Shown: piece after piece, positions 63,721 to 64,000 of the stretch
How the letters are laid out: the number at the start of each line of letters is the position of its first letter
Position numbering within the stretch: position 1 is the first letter of the stretch
From: Selaginella moellendorffii
Lineage: Eukaryota; Plantae; Lycopodiophyta
Reading direction: 5' to 3'
NCBI RefSeq assembly: GCF_000143415.4
Contig: NW_003314264.1
Coordinates: forward strand, 2,861,710-2,925,709
DNA length: 64,000 bases
Notes under the pieces: model-generated
What the model was told of the DNA's origin: nothing
Databases searched by the model: none
Seen by the model: only the letters and a program-made list of their open reading frames with translations
Made by a program: the position numbers and the translations under genes

Positions 63721-64000
63721 CTATAGCTTCGCTTTCTTTCTTCGGGGTCGGAGGGAGCCACGGATACTTTTTGACTCCGCCCGAAAAGATATGCTTCCCT
63801 GACAGATTTTTCCGCGTTGGTGACCTGCGATGAGTTGTTCCAGCTCAAGCCCGCATGTATAGACTTTTGCAATGTACGAAGAACAGGAGAAAAGATAGAA
63901 AAAAATACCTTTTCTGCTTTGAGAAAGGTCAGTCGTCCGCTTGTAGCCTGTCTGCCAGTACCGCGAACAGCTTGTCCCATTTCTGTGCACGAATCTCCTC
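63721..64000 (-). CDS. Possible 3' end of a gene entering from the right, ending RRKKAKL*
   Basis: Open frame with an intron-like GTATTT..AAAG segment; no recognisable domain. Confidence 0.3.
   Translation of the reverse strand, partial: RRFVHRNGTSCSRYWQTGYKRTTDLSQSRKGIFFYLFSCSSYIAKVYTCGLELEQLIAGHQRGKICQGSISFRAESKSIRGSLRPRRKKAKL

Noticed and set aside
62714-63980. Long antisense ORFs (253 and 292 aa) over the trihelix gene
   Set aside because: Shadow frames of GC-rich CAG/GAG coding sequence.

Overview
Eukaryotic land-plant genomic DNA. Genes are very tightly packed with mostly 45-70 bp GT-AG introns, which suggests a Selaginella-type lycophyte (inferred from architecture only). Two gene-dense arms (1-37.5 kb and 56-64 kb) flank a transposon island (~37.5-55 kb). 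The left arm holds two tandem CYP704 P450s with an Ec/type-4-like metallothionein between them, an Em/LEA1-like gene, a JOX-like 2OG dioxygenase, EH/Pan1, BLOS2, an LRR receptor-like protein, a C2-GPRP fusion, TM9SF, a membrane metallophosphoesterase, an MS2/FAR2-like reductase, Misato, a spliced DUF4602-like gene head-to-head with TRM8, a TIGR01589 protein and ALIS/CDC50. The island is a three-level nest: a Ty3/gypsy element contains a hAT transposon, which contains a minisatellite-bearing solo LTR, and each has an intact target-site duplication. A decayed PIF/Harbinger element and an agglutinin-aerolysin pseudogene follow it. The right arm holds an orphan CxCxxC ORF, Costars, PIG-L, a cupin, PDCD5 and a trihelix transcription factor. 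The most notable hypothesis is a spore-wall/maturation neighbourhood: CYP704B plus MS2-like FAR, together with seed-type MT4 and Em genes that carry RY+ABRE promoters. All family calls are by eye from motifs; no database searches were run.
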